Position numbers and translations under genes: made by a program
Notes under the pieces: generated by a model
The model's database searches: none
Told to the model about the DNA's origin: nothing
Seen by the model: the letters and a program-made list of their open reading frames with translations, nothing else
Assembly: GCA_018985225.1 (NCBI GenBank)
Contig: JADGIF010000001.1
Coordinates: 1 to 32,000, forward strand
Direction: 5' to 3'
Length of the DNA stretch: 32,000 nucleotides
DNA from: Amoeboradix gromovi X-113
Lineage: Eukaryota; Fungi; Sanchytriomycota
Part shown: positions 28,950 to 32,000 of the stretch, in pieces
Layout: each line of letters opens with the position of its first letter
Position numbering within the stretch: position 1 is the first letter of the stretch

Positions 28950-29873
28950 TCAAGCACTAAAATGAAAGTTGCAGTCGTGGAACGCCTTCAGCAGTTCTAG
29001 TACATCATCGATTTCTAGTGAAGCTGCTCTTTTACTAGAGTACCCTGATTTAATCAATATGTCTTGTATTTTATCTTTTACTACAAAATCCTCCATCATA
29101 ACCTCGTTTTTGGAACAATAAACTTTGTAATTGCTTTCCATCATCAAAATGATAGACTTCGGCTTAAAACTTGCAGAAATGGTCTTGTGCTTTCTAGAGA
29201 ATATAATGCGCACAAGACCGTCCCATTCTTCAAAAGGAATCTCAGGTTGAGGATAAACAGGTACCATTTTAATTACTGATGAATCTACTTTTGGTGGTGG
29301 TCGAAATGAGTTACGGGAAACTTTCATGATATGCCTAATATTAGCATAAAATTGAGCATTTATGCTTAATCTACCATATAGGGAGTCGCCTGGTTTTGCT
29401 ACTAGTCTCATAGCAAATTCCCTTTGGAACATCAAAACGCTAGCCCTAAATAGCGGCCTCTGTTTTAGTAATTTAAAAACAATTTCAGAACTAATTTGGT
29501 ACGGTGTGTTACTTATACAAAGATCAAATGGAGGCAAGTCTACCTTTGTGAAATCGCCAACGATAACATGCAACTTCGATTTTAACTCAGTACCTTGAAC
29601 ACGTTTAGAGAGCTCAGCTGCCATTCTTGGATCAAACTCAATCGCAGTTAGTTTTCTACAATGCTCAAGAATTTTAACACTCAAGTTGCCGCTTCCTGGA
29701 CCAATTTCTAACACAGAATCACTTGGTTTGATTCCAGATTTTTCAACTATTGTATTTACAACTAATGGATTCTTTAGGAAATGCTGGCCCAGGGTTTTGT
29801 TTAAAGAGGGTCCTAGGGCTTTTGCAAGCGTGGCTTTCTTTTCTTTCGGTCTGAGAGTTTGAATTTTCGGCAT
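28950..29873 (-). CDS. DIM1: 18S rRNA dimethyladenosine transferase Dim1
   Basis: Motifs GQHFLKNPLV, VLEIGPGSG, SNTPYQISS, MFQREFA and FRPPPKVDSS. Confidence 0.95.
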   Translation of the reverse strand: MPKIQTLRPKEKKATLAKALGPSLNKTLGQHFLKNPLVVNTIVEKSGIKPSDSVLEIGPGSGNLSVKILEHCRKLTAIEFDPRMAAELSKRVQGTELKSKLHVIVGDFTKVDLPPFDLCISNTPYQISSEIVFKLLKQRPLFRASVLMFQREFAMRLVAKPGDSLYGRLSINAQFYANIRHIMKVSRNSFRPPPKVDSSVIKMVPVYPQPEIPFEEWDGLVRIIFSRKHKTISASFKPKSIILMMESNYKVYCSKNEVMMEDFVVKDKIQDILIKSGYSSKRAASLEIDDVLELLKAFHDCNFHFSA

Positions 29874-30127
29874 TTTTCCTTGTGTGATCCCGGTGAGAGA
29901 TTGAATTAGAAACTTTCTCCATCACTTTAAAGAGAATATTATATGGATCAAAATGATGAGTTCGCCAAAGGAGTCATGATTTGCAGCGTATTTCTAGGCA
30001 ATAAAGCTCCTCACTGGTGTGATAATAGCTTTTTGGTACTTGTCGCATATGTGTAGATGATTCAATATTGACGCCCTAATGCAATGGCTGCAGACTAATA
30101 ATTAATTTTTCAAAATTTAAAACATTT

Positions 30128-30727
30128 GAGACATCAAATATAAAAACTGGACTAACTTTCTGTAACAACTTGGAACATTATTTCAGCTTTATTAATTTTA
30201 TGGATTTAAGAGGCGAGTGGACATTCAGCTAGTTGTGGAGTTGACGATTATAAAAGGAAAATAAATAACTTTTTGTATCGAAATTTGAAAAATAAATATT
30301 CTGTACAGCTATTCTCTTACTCTTTCATCCAATCTTTATTTCAAATAAACCTCTGATTCATAGTACTAATTCATAGTACTAAGTTGTTGGAACAGTTAAA
30401 ACGAAATTGAAATTCAACAAGACAAGAGTCAAGGAGACTGTCCATAGATTACACTTCAAACAAATAGATAAGAGTAATGATGTTAGTATAACATTACAAA
30501 ATGACTCTAGAAAAAAGTACCGTCTAAGAAAATGCACCTTTTGCTTAGATGCTCAAAGACCTCATATATTTGAACGAGATGCAGGGTCTTCTAGTTATAT
30601 TTTGAAAAGAGGAATACAATCAATGAAAGAAAATTGGTACAATAGAAGATCTTTTATTAATGATAGCATTTCCTCCGTATGGTGCACCTTTAAAAACGAA
30701 TTAGTCTGGTTTTATATTTGTTGTCCC
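30128..30727 (+). mobile_element. Family B copy: non-autonomous TIR transposon (Sola2-like) with a Fanzor1-like remnant
   Basis: TIRs at 30128..30155 (GAGACATCAAATATAAAAACTGGACTAA) and 30701..30727. Flanks ATTT and ATAT form a 4-bp TSD with one mismatch. Internal LRKCTFCLDAQRPHIFERDAG. Confidence 0.82.
30356..30381 (+). repeat. Perfect 13-bp tandem duplication inside the family B element
   Basis: ATTCATAGTACTA repeated twice. Confidence 0.9.
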
Positions 30728-30877
30728 ATATATAATGCTTGTTAAATTAATTCATTAACTTTTGCGCTCAAAGCTTGGGGCCAGTTTGTGTTGCTTGCCA
30801 TAAGTAGTTTGTCTGGAATAAGCTAGAGACTAAACTATATTTAGATGCTGGTTCCATTATTCGGTCAGGTGGCTTTT

Positions 30878-32000
30878 ATGTCAACTCCAAACTCCGATTT
30901 AGAAAAAGGAATTCTTCCAAATGGTATAGCAAATCCCTCTGAGGACATTCGGGTATCACGATCTTCATCTACTATGCTGAATGAAGAGAAAGTGGACGCT
31001 GTGAAAGGCAGAAAGAGTCACAAAAAGCATTTCATTCTTTGGTACCACAAGCATTCAAACATTCTACTAATATTAACGTTTTTATTGGCTCCTGGATTGT
31101 ATGTTCTATTTACTGGATTCAACGAGAGCAATTCAACTGATGGGATAGACGTTATAACATGGACAATAGCCATTTCCATTAGTTTCGGAAGCTATTTGAT
31201 TGTATTCTATCTCTTCAGATTTTTTGTAAGGTTTGCCAGAGATAATCTGATAAGGTCGGAAGACTATAACAGGGTTGCCAGAATCCAAAATTTAATGCCC
31301 TACATAAAAGGTGTGATACTATCGTTTTGCGCATTCCTTGTTTTTACCTTTTACATTCAGCCAAAATCCATAAACAAGGACTCCATTGTTCAAAAAATTC
31401 TCTTGGGAGTATTTATAAGCGTCGTCATAATTTGCGCCCACAAATGGTCAATGATTGAGTTTTCTGCCTCATATAAAAAAATTCTTTATGGCGACAGACT
31501 AAAATCTGTGAATGCTAACACAACAGCCATAACGTATCTGCTGGAAGTGCAGCATGATAGAATAGAAGCAACAAGAAAACTGGAGCAAAATCTAAATCGT
31601 CAGTCCAGAAACAGAAAAGGAAGTGGTCAAGGAATTGTAGACACAATTAAGGAAGTACACATGAGAACGAAAACGTGGAAAGATTCATTAAGTGGGTCCA
31701 AGTCCAACACTATATCTTTTAAAGACTCGCCCATTCACACCCCTGCTTTTGCAATCAGTCCTACTAGACAAGTATACCCTGTGATGAAGAATAAACTGAA
31801 ATTCAAATCTGCAGAAGAAGCAAGAAAGGTTGCACTTGCTCTTTTTGACTATCTAAAGAAACCTTCAAGAGATTACTTGATCCCAGAAGATTTGTTCTTA
31901 TTAATTGAAAATAAGGAAAAAATAGATTCCATATTTAAAGTGTTCGATGTGAACGGAGACGGTAGCATAACTCGAAGAGAACTCCGGCAGAGGTTTGTGC
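30878..32000 (+). CDS. MscS-like mechanosensitive channel with EF-hand (fungal Msy1/Msy2 type), 3'-truncated by the window edge
   Basis: Frame opens at ATG 30845/30878 and matches the frame at the window end. It has several TM segments, EARKVALALF, and the EF-hand FDVNGDGSITRRE. Confidence 0.75.
   Translation, partial: MSTPNSDLEKGILPNGIANPSEDIRVSRSSSTMLNEEKVDAVKGRKSHKKHFILWYHKHSNILLILTFLLAPGLYVLFTGFNESNSTDGIDVITWTIAISISFGSYLIVFYLFRFFVRFARDNLIRSEDYNRVARIQNLMPYIKGVILSFCAFLVFTFYIQPKSINKDSIVQKILLGVFISVVIICAHKWSMIEFSASYKKILYGDRLKSVNANTTAITYLLEVQHDRIEATRKLEQNLNRQSRNRKGSGQGIVDTIKEVHMRTKTWKDSLSGSKSNTISFKDSPIHTPAFAISPTRQVYPVMKNKLKFKSAEEARKVALALFDYLKKPSRDYLIPEDLFLLIENKEKIDSIFKVFDVNGDGSITRRELRQRFV

Noticed and set aside
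30407-30745. 112-aa ORF as a host gene or first exon of the MscS-like channel
   Set aside because: It lies within the family B element, runs through its TIR, and is separated from the channel ORF by in-frame stops.
1-32000. CRISPR array, tRNA or rRNA genes
   Set aside because: No regularly spaced direct repeats, cloverleaf or rRNA-like sequence was recognised by eye.

Overview
This is AT-rich, very gene-dense eukaryotic DNA using the standard genetic code. The gene content (fungal-type CDC10, ATG15, QCR8 and MscS-EF-hand genes plus flagellar IFT52 and a HYDIN-like gene) points to an early-diverging zoosporic fungus. A sanchytrid-like lineage is my inference, not a database result. Housekeeping genes are separated by as little as 6-21 bp. 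Five genes each carry one ultra-short 19-21 nt GT-AG intron, always near the 3' end. An accessory island at about 6.9-13.0 kb holds an Mrr-like PD-(D/E)XK nuclease ORF, a disrupted MLKL-like kinase, and a bacterial-type defence reverse transcriptase (Drt3b/AbiA/AbiK-like) split by two -1 frameshifts. The window also holds two families of non-autonomous Fanzor-type elements. Family A is IS607-type (TnpA-HTH plus Fanzor2 remnants) with a conserved, structured omegaRNA-like right end: three clear copies and two divergent relatives. Family B is a Sola2-like element with terminal inverted repeats (TIRs), 4-bp target site duplications (TSDs) and a Fanzor1-like remnant: two copies plus a fragment just upstream of the RT. 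All protein assignments come from motif recognition by eye, with no searches run.
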